DNA of 64,000 bases from Deltaproteobacteria bacterium (GTDB lineage Bacteria; CG2-30-53-67): the NCBI GenBank assembly GCA_013151235.1, contig JAADIO010000002.1:1-64000 (forward strand), in the 5' to 3' direction. The notes beneath the pieces were generated by a model. The model saw only the letters and a program-made list of their open reading frames with translations. It did no database searches and was not told the DNA's origin. This document shows positions 1-8,665 of the stretch, piece after piece. The position numbers were made by a program, and so were the translations under genes. The number at the start of each line of letters is the position of its first letter. Positions within the stretch are counted from its first letter, which is position 1.

Positions 1-7
1 TGCCGGG

Positions 8-961
8 TTGCTCAATCCTCTTGTCCGGGGAAATTCACAGAATGTTTCACAAGAAAACAACAACCTCTTCAACACATTCAAGTTAGAGAAGATTGCAAAG
101 CTCTTCGACCAACGGATGAACCGGGCACGTCGGACCTTAGGACTCAGCAGCCAACCCCCGGGCGCACTCCTTCGTCCCTCCCGGTGGCTTCAGATCTTTC
201 TGACCACCCACGAGTTGGAATTTCTGCAGGAGGACTTAGGCCCTACGGCGGTCTTCGTCGGCCCGTCATGGAAAGGACGCAACGAGACGGTGGCCCAAAA
301 GGATTTCCCCTGGGACTGGGTCTTGGAGGGGCCACCGATTGTATACGTTTCCCTGGGCAACTTCTTCAACAGGCGTCCCGATTTCTTTTCCCGGATGATC
401 AAAGCATTGGGCGGGTATTACCTACGGGTTGTCATCAGCACGCCACTCGCCGGATCAAGGCGGTTCCGACACCTCCCCTCAAATATCCGGTTCTTCCATA
501 AGGTGCCCCAACTCTCGCTGCTTCCCAAGGTGTCCCTGTTCTTATTCCATGGAGGGAACAACTCCATGAATGAGGCCATGGCCGCCGGCGCCCCCATGTT
601 GATTACCCCCATTGGGGGTGAGCAGATCTATAATGCCGAACGGGCATACCGACTCGGCGTGGGTCTTTATACTGATGTAGACCACACCAGCCCGGATGAA
701 CTGCGCAGAATGACGTTTCAAATCATCCGGGACGATTCTTTCAAAACCTCCGCTGACCGGGCACGCCGAATGCTTTCCCGCTGTGACGCCCCTGGGATTA
801 CGGCCACACTCATCCAGAGAATCCTCGCAACCGGGAAACCGATCCAGCGGCCGGCCAGTGAAAGACCGACACTCTACTGCGACTCCCCGCTGCCGGACTG
901 GGCATCATTTTTTCCCGGTTCATCACCGCTTGACATCGGGCATTATACTGAATATACTTAA
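8..961 (+). CDS. Glycosyltransferase, GT1/MGT (UDP-glucuronosyltransferase-like) family; probably 5'-truncated by the window edge
   Basis: C-terminal GT-B motifs VYVSLG, KVPQLSLLP..FLFHGGNNSMNEAMAAGAPM..P..GEQ..NA. Confidence 0.85.
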   Translation: MLNPLVRGNSQNVSQENNNLFNTFKLEKIAKLFDQRMNRARRTLGLSSQPPGALLRPSRWLQIFLTTHELEFLQEDLGPTAVFVGPSWKGRNETVAQKDFPWDWVLEGPPIVYVSLGNFFNRRPDFFSRMIKALGGYYLRVVISTPLAGSRRFRHLPSNIRFFHKVPQLSLLPKVSLFLFHGGNNSMNEAMAAGAPMLITPIGGEQIYNAERAYRLGVGLYTDVDHTSPDELRRMTFQIIRDDSFKTSADRARRMLSRCDAPGITATLIQRILATGKPIQRPASERPTLYCDSPLPDWASFFPGSSPLDIGHYTEYT

Positions 962-988
962 TTAACAAGTCTGTTAAGAAAGTATATT
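930..988 (+). promoter_or_regulatory. Sigma-70 promoter of the abiE operon with overlapping inverted-repeat operator
   Basis: TTGACA (930-935), 17 bp, TATACT (953-958); inverted repeat AATATACTT-aa-TTAACA-agtc-TGTTAA-ga-AAGTATATT (951-988). Confidence 0.8.
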
Positions 989-989
989 T

Positions 990-1574
990 ATGTCACTTCG
1001 CCAACTTCGCGCAATCCAAGCGCTCTATTTTACGTATCAGGATGTAGCGGACCTCTTGAAGATCACACCGCAGTCCGCCATGGTGACTTGTTCCCGGTAT
1101 GTGCGGTCCGGAGACCTTGTCCGCCTGAAAAGAAATTATTATATTCCGAGAGAGAGGTGGAGCAGGTTGGCCGAAGATCAGATCTTTGTTCTTGCCAACA
1201 TGTTGCAAGTTCCATCTTATATCTCGTTAACAACGGCCCTTGTTTTTTACGGGTATACAACGCAGATTCAACGGGATTATATCGAATCCGTGGCCGTGAA
1301 ACGAACCCGTGAATTCCGGATCGAGGAGGTTACCTTTTCTTTCACGAAGATCAAGAAGGATTACTATTCGGATTTTATCAAGAAAGAGGGCTTCTTTATC
1401 GCCACGCCGGAAAAGGCCCTGATCGATACATTATACCTGGAGTCCCTGGGGCGCTACCGATTGGATATCGGCTCTATCGATTTCAGCAAATTCGACAATA
1501 AGGTGATTCGCAAGGTTGCGTCCAGATACACGGACAAGGTTCGACAAAGGGCGGAGGAACTATGCGGGACTTGA
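990..1574 (+). CDS. abiEi: Type IV toxin-antitoxin antitoxin, AbiEi family (N-terminal wHTH)
   Basis: N-terminal HTH-like region ..G.LVRLKRNYY; PSYISL.TAL.FYG...Q; IATPEKALIDTLY; overlaps downstream AbiEii-like gene. Confidence 0.85.
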   Translation: MSLRQLRAIQALYFTYQDVADLLKITPQSAMVTCSRYVRSGDLVRLKRNYYIPRERWSRLAEDQIFVLANMLQVPSYISLTTALVFYGYTTQIQRDYIESVAVKRTREFRIEEVTFSFTKIKKDYYSDFIKKEGFFIATPEKALIDTLYLESLGRYRLDIGSIDFSKFDNKVIRKVASRYTDKVRQRAEELCGT

Positions 1575-2227
1575 TCACACACGAAAAACTTGAGATAGAA
1601 GTATTGGAAGCTTTGAATTCCCGGAAACTTCTGGAGCCCCTTGTCTTTGGTGGCGGAACCATGCTCCGGCTCTGCCATGATCTCAATCGGTATTCAGCGG
1701 GCCTTGATTTTTGGTTCGTGAAAGAAACGGATACCTCCGCCTATCACAAGAGAATGAAGGCATTCCTGAATGAGCGTTATCAGGTATCGGATGCACACAA
1801 TAAGCGATATACCCTGGTTTACGAATTCCGGACCGCCGGGTATCCCAGGCATCTGAAAATCGAGATCCGCAAAGAGATCCGGAAGTGCAAATGGAAAGAG
1901 ATGATCGCTTTTTCAAAACACACCCATCGCCAGGTGCTCCTGAAAGCCATGACGCTGGAACAGATGATGCAGAACAAAATTGAGGCCTTCCTGGACAGCG
2001 AAGAAATTCGAGATTGTTTCGATATGGAATTCATGCTCCGAAAGGGGGTCTCCCTTCAGACCCCGAAAAACCAATTGGAGAAATTGCGAAGCAGAATCCT
2101 GAAATTCAAGGCCCGGGATTTTTCCGTAACCCTCGGCTCTCTCCTGGACCGGGAGACCCGGGAGTACTACAGGAAGAACCGTTTCGAATACCTGGTCGGG
2201 AACATCAATCACCTGCTTTCAGAGTGA
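1562..2227 (+). CDS. abiEii: AbiEii/AbiGii-family nucleotidyltransferase toxin (catalytic motif looks degenerate)
   Basis: LVFGGGTMLRL...LNRYS(AG)LDF, LKIEI, K..AF......RDCFD motifs. Confidence 0.85.
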   Translation: MRDLITHEKLEIEVLEALNSRKLLEPLVFGGGTMLRLCHDLNRYSAGLDFWFVKETDTSAYHKRMKAFLNERYQVSDAHNKRYTLVYEFRTAGYPRHLKIEIRKEIRKCKWKEMIAFSKHTHRQVLLKAMTLEQMMQNKIEAFLDSEEIRDCFDMEFMLRKGVSLQTPKNQLEKLRSRILKFKARDFSVTLGSLLDRETREYYRKNRFEYLVGNINHLLSE

Positions 2228-2369
2228 TGAAAGGAAGAGCCCCCGGCGAAGGCAACGGCCACATAGTCAGGCTTCTTCCCGTCAATCACCTTCCTCTCCC
2301 GATTTTCAAGGAGAAGTTAAGAATTCCCATTTCTTGACAAGCCGGTCGCAGCCCCCTAAGATAACCGCC

Positions 2370-2894
2370 ATGGACACTGAAAGACATCCGATGCCCGTCC
2401 TCTCTTTTGTGGGCCGGTCCGGTTCGGGCAAGACCACCTTTTTGGAGAAATTGATCCCCCTCCTCGTTACCCGCGGCTGCCGCGTGGGGGCACTGAAACA
2501 TGCCCATCATATGGTGGAGATCGACAAACCGGGGAAGGACTCTTATCGCCTGCGGGAGGCCGGGGCCGTCGAGGTCGTCGCCTCCGCCCCGAACATGCTG
2601 GCCCTGATCCGGACGGAGGAGGCCGACCTTCCCCTCCGTGAAGCCCTCTCCTATTTCCGGAAATCCGATCTGGTGCTGATCGAAGGATATAAAGGTGAGG
2701 ACCTGCCCCACATCGAGATCTTCCGGCAGAACGCCGGTCATGATGCCCTTCTCTTTCAAACCGGCCCGCCGCCGTCGGCACTGATCACCGACGCAGACTT
2801 TCCGGGGATCCACTGCCCGGTCTTTGCTCTTGATGATTATGAAGGCGTCGCGGAATGGATGGTAAGGGTTTTTTTAAGAAACCGACGTCCTTAA
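2370..2894 (+). CDS. mobB: Molybdopterin-guanine dinucleotide biosynthesis protein B
   Basis: VGRSGSGKTT, KHAHH..EIDKPGKDSYR...AGA, DLVLIEGYK; start moved to ATG 2370. Confidence 0.92.
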   Translation: MDTERHPMPVLSFVGRSGSGKTTFLEKLIPLLVTRGCRVGALKHAHHMVEIDKPGKDSYRLREAGAVEVVASAPNMLALIRTEEADLPLREALSYFRKSDLVLIEGYKGEDLPHIEIFRQNAGHDALLFQTGPPPSALITDADFPGIHCPVFALDDYEGVAEWMVRVFLRNRRP

Positions 2895-2917
2895 ATCTTT
2901 GCAATAAGATGGTTGTG

Positions 2918-3043
2918 GGCGGCAAAGTAAAAAGTTCCAGATGCAAGGAGCGAAGGTTTGGAGAAGTGAGGCGTACTTTTCCGTACGCCGCAGCGAACTC
3001 AAAACCTGATAAACGCAGCAGATGGACTTTTTACACAGCCGCC
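2918..3043. repeat. Palindromic MITE/REP-like element (~126 bp)
   Basis: Terminal inverted repeats GGCGGC-aaa-GTAAAAAGTtCCA ... TGGACTTTTTAC-aca-GCCGCC; internal hairpin GGCGTAC-ttttcc-GTACGCC. Confidence 0.75.
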
Positions 3044-3123
3044 GTCCTTGACGTGTCCGGCTCAATCTGCTATACACTACCTCCAAACTTATCCTTTATT
3101 ATCATTCCTCGGGAGACAAACCC

Positions 3124-3747
3124 ATGAAATCAATCCTCATCGCCAACCCCAAAGGGGGGTGCGGCAAGACGACTCTCGCCGTGAATTTGGCCTCCTACTA
3201 CGCAAGGCGCGGAAAGTCCGTCGGACTCGTAGACCTGGACGACCAGGGAAGTGCCATGGGCTGGCTCGGCCTGCGCCCGGAAAAGCATCCCGGAATCAAG
3301 GGATGGCATGCCGCCCGGGGCGGTCGGTCCTCCTTCAACGGTTCGGATGTGATCATTATGGACGGCCCGGCACGTATCACGTCGAGCAAACTGGAGAAGG
3401 CCCTGAACAATGCTCATGTGATCCTCATCCCCGTCCTCCCCTCCCTCTTCGACATGGATGCCGTGGCCCGTTTCCTGGAAGGGGTCTGTGCTCTGCCGGC
3501 TGTCAAACGAGGGAAGAAGCGGATCGGCCTCGTAGGCAACCGGGTCCGTTCCAACACCATCAGCACCCGCGATCTGAAGAAGGCGTTGAAGAAGATGCCG
3601 CCGAAGGTCGTGGGGAATCTCTCCGACTCCCAGATCTATGTCCGGGCCGGGGCGCTGGGACTCGGGATCTTCGACATAGCGCAAAGCCAGTGTCAGCACC
3701 TGCGGGATGAATGGAAGTCACTCATCCGCTTTGTGAACAAAGACTGA
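3124..3747 (+). CDS. Orphan ParA/MinD-family ATPase (short ParF-like type)
   Basis: Deviant Walker A NPKGGCGKTT, VDLDDQGS, IIMDGP, LIPVLPS.FD, VGNRV. Confidence 0.88.
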   Translation: MKSILIANPKGGCGKTTLAVNLASYYARRGKSVGLVDLDDQGSAMGWLGLRPEKHPGIKGWHAARGGRSSFNGSDVIIMDGPARITSSKLEKALNNAHVILIPVLPSLFDMDAVARFLEGVCALPAVKRGKKRIGLVGNRVRSNTISTRDLKKALKKMPPKVVGNLSDSQIYVRAGALGLGIFDIAQSQCQHLRDEWKSLIRFVNKD

Positions 3748-3775
3748 TGCTGCAAAAAAGTCTTCCGGTAAGATG

Positions 3776-3811
3776 AAAGGCGGCGGGAGAAAAATCTCCC
3801 GCCGCCTTTTT
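3776..3811. terminator. Bidirectional intrinsic terminator
   Basis: AAAGGCGGCGGGAGA-aaaa-TCTCCCGCCGCCTTTTT between convergent genes. Confidence 0.9.
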
Positions 3812-3837
3812 GTGGATCGATACTTTTTCAAACGATT

Positions 3838-4584
3838 CTATCGGTTTATCCTTCCCTTCCGGCTCAGGGCAACGAGTCCCAGCAAACCCGTCCCCAGGAG
3901 GAGAAGGCTTGCCGGTTCGGGAACGGCCGAGGCATGCTGGACCACATCCTGAGGATCGATCTCAGGGTATCCGGACGCCTCGGCAAAATAGGTATAATCG
4001 ATATCCGTCATCGGCACCCACTCGGGCATCAGCTCCACTCCAGGAATGGAGAGAGAAAAACCGTAGTCACCGTCCATGACCGAAACGGAGGCAAGGTCCG
4101 TCCATTGCAGCTCATCGGTCGACCCGTTCGTGGCGTAAAGCTCCGCCCAGGGGGGGCCGGGAAACATCTGGTTCCACTGAAAGTTCAGAACATATTCCGC
4201 ACCGATCGGGGCAAGACCCAGCCCGGACAGGTCGGGGTAGCCGACCCCCATCTCGACGGTGGACGGTCCGTTGTAGGTAAACTGCGCCCCCGTCAGGGGG
4301 TCCCGATCCACATCCAGCTCGATGATCCCCCGGGAATAGGTGTTGTAACCGGCGATCGAATTGTAATAAGCGACGTTGAAGACCAGGGCGCTCCCGACCG
4401 TTGTCGTTTCCACACTCTGTACGTCCATAAACCCTCCGGCCTGCGCCCAGGGAAGATAGTCCCCCTGCGGATCCATGACCATTGTCGCCTCCACAGGAGA
4501 CGTTCCGAACCAAACGAGGCTCAGGACCAGCAGGACAGCAGACAACAGGACTAATTTATTCTTGTTTTTATGGATATTTTTCAT
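3838..4584 (-). CDS. PEP-CTERM sorting-domain surface protein
   Basis: Signal peptide; C-terminal AVPEPASLLLLGTGLLGLVALSRKGRINR. Confidence 0.9.
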   Translation of the reverse strand: MKNIHKNKNKLVLLSAVLLVLSLVWFGTSPVEATMVMDPQGDYLPWAQAGGFMDVQSVETTTVGSALVFNVAYYNSIAGYNTYSRGIIELDVDRDPLTGAQFTYNGPSTVEMGVGYPDLSGLGLAPIGAEYVLNFQWNQMFPGPPWAELYATNGSTDELQWTDLASVSVMDGDYGFSLSIPGVELMPEWVPMTDIDYTYFAEASGYPEIDPQDVVQHASAVPEPASLLLLGTGLLGLVALSRKGRINR

Positions 4585-4631
4585 GGATTATTCTCCTCAT
4601 TTTCCCTGTTCACAGGGAAGAGATTTATATT

Positions 4632-5552
4632 CTATGATTGTTTCTTCCGCCTGATGCAGAGCAAACCGGCCAGTCCCGAACCGATCAGCAGAAGAGACGC
4701 CGGTTCGGGGACGGGTGTTGCCAGAAAACCGTGATATCCAGATCCGTCACTGTACATTCCGACGGCCTGTCCAGCATCATTAATACCGGAGATATAGAGC
4801 TCGGATGCACCAGGCAGGTCGATCACACTCATAATCCCGTCACTCTGAATAAAACCATGCCATGCGCCGGTTCCATCCATATAGCTTCCTGCGATCTGTC
4901 CGGAATCATTGATGTCTGCAGCTTCGAGCCCGTTTGCGCCGGAATAATCAATGGAGCTGAAGATTCCGCCGGATAGTAGAAACCCGTGAGTGCCTGATCC
5001 ATCTCCGTATTTGCCCACCACCTGATCCAGGTCATTGATACCAAAGGCCTGCGTCCAAGTTGCACCGGGAACCTCAATGGAACTTGAGTTGCTCCCGGAG
5101 ATCAGCAAACCATTATTTCCGTAAGCATCAAGGTAATCGCCCACAATCTCACCGGCATCGTTGATCCCACGGAGCTGTGTCGAATAGGACCAGGGATAGT
5201 TGTAATCAAAGGAAGTGAAGTTTCCGTTATAGAGCAGATAGCCATGCAGTCCGTTTTCGTCCACGTAAGATCCCACTACCTGGCCGTTATCGTCGATGTC
5301 CGAGGCAATCGTAAGTCCGGGATAGTCAAAGGAGCTAAAGAGCCCTCCGGATAGGATAAATCCATGATCCCCTGTCCCATCCTCGTAAATTCCGGTGATC
5401 TGACCGGCGTCATTTATGCCGTAAGCATAAGTAGAAGACGCTCCGGAATAGTCAATCGTGCTGAAATGATAACTGGTTGCGGACGCTGCCTGTCCCAGAC
5501 ACAAGATAAAACAAGATGTCATCAGGACAAAACATAAATAGTACCTCTTCAT
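4632..5552 (-). CDS. PEP-CTERM protein with six HAF-like extracellular repeats (probable beta-propeller)
   Basis: AGGAGG RBS before MKRYY; six ~41-aa repeats A.GINDAGQ.VG.Y.D..G.HGFL; C-terminal PVPEPASLLLIGSGLAGLLCIRRKKQS. Confidence 0.9.
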   Translation of the reverse strand: MKRYYLCFVLMTSCFILCLGQAASATSYHFSTIDYSGASSTYAYGINDAGQITGIYEDGTGDHGFILSGGLFSSFDYPGLTIASDIDDNGQVVGSYVDENGLHGYLLYNGNFTSFDYNYPWSYSTQLRGINDAGEIVGDYLDAYGNNGLLISGSNSSSIEVPGATWTQAFGINDLDQVVGKYGDGSGTHGFLLSGGIFSSIDYSGANGLEAADINDSGQIAGSYMDGTGAWHGFIQSDGIMSVIDLPGASELYISGINDAGQAVGMYSDGSGYHGFLATPVPEPASLLLIGSGLAGLLCIRRKKQS

Positions 5553-5991
5553 GAATGTTCCTCCTCGCATAGTGTCCTTTTACAAGTGATTCAATCCCGT
5601 AATCCCCCTTCTCCCTCAAACCGACTTGAGGAAGAATTTGATCCTGTAAAGCTGTTCCGGTTCACCTCCTTTCTTTCGTGATGTTATTGAAATAAACGTC
5701 CACCCCATCCACAGGGTCGCATCCCCCACAAACACCCGGCAGTCCCGGCACAACGTCGCGCACAAATCCGGCCGGAAAGATCCGGAAGACCGAAACCGCG
5801 GATGATCCAAGTCATTGCCCTGCAGGACGTCCCGAAGAACGTGAGGGAGATGCTGGTTTTCTTGTGTTTTCCCATTGGATCCGGCACCGAAAACTGTTGC
5901 ACTCGATGAACCGCGTGCCCGAAAAGGTGTCGCCAACGGAAGCGAGGAGGCGGGTTCGTTCAACAATGTTCCAACCCTGCATCGAAAATAA

Positions 5992-6008
5992 AGCAAGGAT
6001 CATGCCAA
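5992..6008 (-). promoter_or_regulatory. Sigma-54 (-24/-12) promoter for the PEP-CTERM genes
   Basis: Minus strand reads TTGGCATGATCCTTGCT, matching GG-N10-GC; PEP-CTERM genes are commonly sigma-54/PrsR controlled. Confidence 0.8.
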
Positions 6009-6230
6009 AGCCTCGGGAAGGCACTTGCCCGTTCTAACCTTTCGGCAATACAAGGGAAAGCAGTATTTTCACTCAGAAGAAGAAATCGGCGAAACCCGGC
6101 CGAATGGGACAAATTTTCACAATCTTATCGATCAAATTCCGGGGTTTGTCAGGAATACCGGGAGGTCTATCCCAATGGGACAGTTTTGCATGCCCTGTGT
6201 GACATTACACAAGTGCGACGGAATATCGGG

Positions 6231-6908
6231 TTATCTCCGAGGAGGTGGTCCCTTGCGGTCGAGTGCGGCAAGAAATCCCCGCGTGGATCTTCCCGGGATC
6301 TGTTGCGGATCCCTTTGGAGATCCAGGAGGTCCTCAAAGGTGTCGGCATCAATCCATTCCGGCATAAACCGGATCGAGAGTCCCATATTGCGGGCATTAT
6401 CAAGCATCTTCGGAAGGACCCTCTCCGTTCCCATCTCCACACCATCGTACAGGGAAGGTGCCGGACGGCGCAGGGCCAGGAGATAGTAGCCGCCGTCATT
6501 GGCCGGGCCAAGGGTCATGTCGTAATCCTTGAGGACGGCAAAGGCCTTACGGATATGAACGGCCCGGATCTGGGGGGTGTCTGTTCCGATCTGCACGATC
6601 CGGTCATACCCCTTTTCAAAAGCGAAACTCACGGAATGAGCACACCGCTCCCGCAAATCCGTCCCCTGCTGGGGAATCAGGGCGATTCCTTCCGGGGCAA
6701 GTTCACGGAAAAAGGAGTACGACTCACGGGGAGTGTAAAAGAGGTGAATATCCGTCCCCTTGGCCTGTGATGCAGCCGCCAGTGTATCGGCAATAAAGGC
6801 GGAAGAGAGAGCCGCCGCCTGATCCGGGGTAAGGGGAGGGGTCATGCGTGTTTTTGCTTTTCCCGGCCGGGGTTCTTTTGCAAGGATGAGGAGGGCTTGC
6901 TTCTGCAT
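6231..6908 (-). CDS. DUF2064 / TIGR04282-type transferase (CofC-like nucleotide-diphospho-sugar transferase fold)
   Basis: LAKEPRPGKAKTR, PQQGTDLRER, IGTDTP, LGPANDGGYYL, W.DADTFEDL. Confidence 0.85.
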   Translation of the reverse strand: MQKQALLILAKEPRPGKAKTRMTPPLTPDQAAALSSAFIADTLAAASQAKGTDIHLFYTPRESYSFFRELAPEGIALIPQQGTDLRERCAHSVSFAFEKGYDRIVQIGTDTPQIRAVHIRKAFAVLKDYDMTLGPANDGGYYLLALRRPAPSLYDGVEMGTERVLPKMLDNARNMGLSIRFMPEWIDADTFEDLLDLQRDPQQIPGRSTRGFLAALDRKGPPPRR

Positions 6909-6922
6909 TGCTGGAAAAGATC

Positions 6923-7234
6923 TCAGGAAGTCTTCTCACTTTTGTTGTCGACCGGATCCTGCTTTCCTTCATCCCCCGGATCCGGTACCGGCGGGGTCGG
7001 AACGGCAGCGGACGGCCCGGGAATGGAGGGTGGTGGCTTCACAATATCGTCTTTTGCCTTTTCTTCTTTCTCCATCTCCATGTCGATAGTACTCTTGAAA
7101 TCCTGTGAGGCCCGCTTGAATTCCGCAAGCCCACGCCCCAGGGAACGGGCAAGGTCAGGAAGTTTCTTGGGGCCGAAGATCAAGAGCGCCACCACGAGGA
7201 TGACTAACAGTTCCGGCATCCCGATTCCAAACAT
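6923..7234 (-). CDS. tatA: Twin-arginine translocase TatA/TatB subunit
   Basis: [48 protein letters not shown]. Confidence 0.9.
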   Translation of the reverse strand: MFGIGMPELLVILVVALLIFGPKKLPDLARSLGRGLAEFKRASQDFKSTIDMEMEKEEKAKDDIVKPPPSIPGPSAAVPTPPVPDPGDEGKQDPVDNKSEKTS

Positions 7235-7269
7235 GATTCTTTTCCTCCATAGAGTGAATCGATGTCTTT

Positions 7270-7298
7270 ATACTATGCAGCGCCGGTTTTTTTGTCAA
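7270..7298 (-). promoter_or_regulatory. Sigma-70 promoter of tatA
   Basis: Minus strand TTGACA-17 bp-TAGTAT. Confidence 0.7.
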
Positions 7299-7319
7299 GG
7301 TGAAAGGGATATCAGCCCA

Positions 7320-7351
7320 GGCACAAAGGCAGCAGGCACATAGGCACAAAG
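7320..7351. repeat. Short degenerate tandem repeat (GGCAC-based 7-8-mers)
   Basis: ggcacaaa-ggcagca-ggcacata-ggcacaaa. Confidence 0.55.
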
Positions 7352-7516
7352 TTTCGGGGCATAAAAGCAGATCCTTTCTTTCGTTGAATCAATGGATTTT
7401 CCCGGGTTGATTTCCCTGTGCTTGACTTCGCAGGAAGGGTTCAGGTATCTTACAGCAACTGTTGACGGCATCCGATCAATCCGTGTGACGCTGCATAAAA
7501 CATAAGGTGAAAGCTC

Positions 7517-8665
7517 TTGTTCTCCGAAACGGCCCTAAAAATTCCTCCATTCATCGTCATGGACATCCTCGAAGAGGCCCAGGCGATGGAACGGAAGGGG
7601 AGGAAGGTGATCCATCTCGAAGTGGGGCAACCCGATTTCCCGACCCCCCCCGCGGTCCGGAAGGCGGGGATTGAGGCAATCCGGGCCGGCAAGACCCACT
7701 ATACCCACAGCTTAGGGCTTTTGCAGCTTCGTGAGGCGATCTGCGAATGGTATGAGAAGACCTACGGTGTTTCGGTTACGCCCGGCCGGGTCCTGGTCTC
7801 CCCCGGCACCTCGCCGGTGATGCTCCTCCTCTTCTCCCTTCTCCTCGATCCGGGAGATGAAGTCATCCTCGGGAACCCTTACTATGCCTGCTACCCGAAC
7901 TACATCCGGATTTTCCGGGGGGTCCCGAAGTTCATCATGACCCGGGAGGAGGCGGGGTTCCAGTTGACGGCGGAGGCGGTCCGGGAAAGGATCTCCCCGA
8001 AAACCCGGGCGATCCTGATCAACTCTCCCTCCAATCCGGCGGGGACCCTCATCCCGGAAAAAGAGATGCAGGCCATCGCAGAACTCGGCCCCCCGGTGAT
8101 CTCCGATGAGATCTATCACGGATTGGTCTACGAGGGACGCGCCCATTCGATCCTCGAATATACCGACCGGGCCATCGTGATCAACGGTTTTTCCAAACGG
8201 TATGCCATGACCGGATGGCGCCTCGGCTATGCGATTCTGCCGGAAGCGATGGTGCGGCCCCTGCAGCGGCTGCAGCAGAACTTCATCATCTCCGCTTCGG
8301 ACTTCGTCCAGTGGGCGGGGATTACGGCCCTGAAGGAAACGGGGAAACAGTGCGCGGAGATGGTCCGGACCTACGACGAGCGGCGCAGGTTCATGATCCG
8401 GCGTCTCCGGGAGATCGGGTTCGGCGTCGCCGTCGAACCGACGGGGGCCTTCTATATCCTGGCCAACGCACGCCGGTTTTCCGATGACTCCCATGCACTG
8501 GCACTGGAACTGCTCCGAAAGACCGGTGTCGCCGTCACACCGGGGATCGATTTCGGAGAAAACGCCGAAGGGTATCTTCGCTTCTCCTATGCCGGAAGTC
8601 TCGAAGTCATCGGCGCCGGCCTTGACCGCATCGACGCCTATCTTCGGGAAGGGAAGGAATCGTGA
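7517..8665 (+). CDS. PLP-dependent aminotransferase class I/II (aspartate aminotransferase-like)
   Basis: LEVGQPDF, YTHSLG, NSPSNPAG, SDEIYH, NGFSKRYAMTGWRLG. Confidence 0.92.
   Translation: MFSETALKIPPFIVMDILEEAQAMERKGRKVIHLEVGQPDFPTPPAVRKAGIEAIRAGKTHYTHSLGLLQLREAICEWYEKTYGVSVTPGRVLVSPGTSPVMLLLFSLLLDPGDEVILGNPYYACYPNYIRIFRGVPKFIMTREEAGFQLTAEAVRERISPKTRAILINSPSNPAGTLIPEKEMQAIAELGPPVISDEIYHGLVYEGRAHSILEYTDRAIVINGFSKRYAMTGWRLGYAILPEAMVRPLQRLQQNFIISASDFVQWAGITALKETGKQCAEMVRTYDERRRFMIRRLREIGFGVAVEPTGAFYILANARRFSDDSHALALELLRKTGVAVTPGIDFGENAEGYLRFSYAGSLEVIGAGLDRIDAYLREGKES

Noticed and set aside
5616-5996. 126-aa ORF upstream of the PEP-CTERM genes
   Set aside because: Starts inside the sigma-54 promoter, has no RBS and an atypical composition; treated as leader
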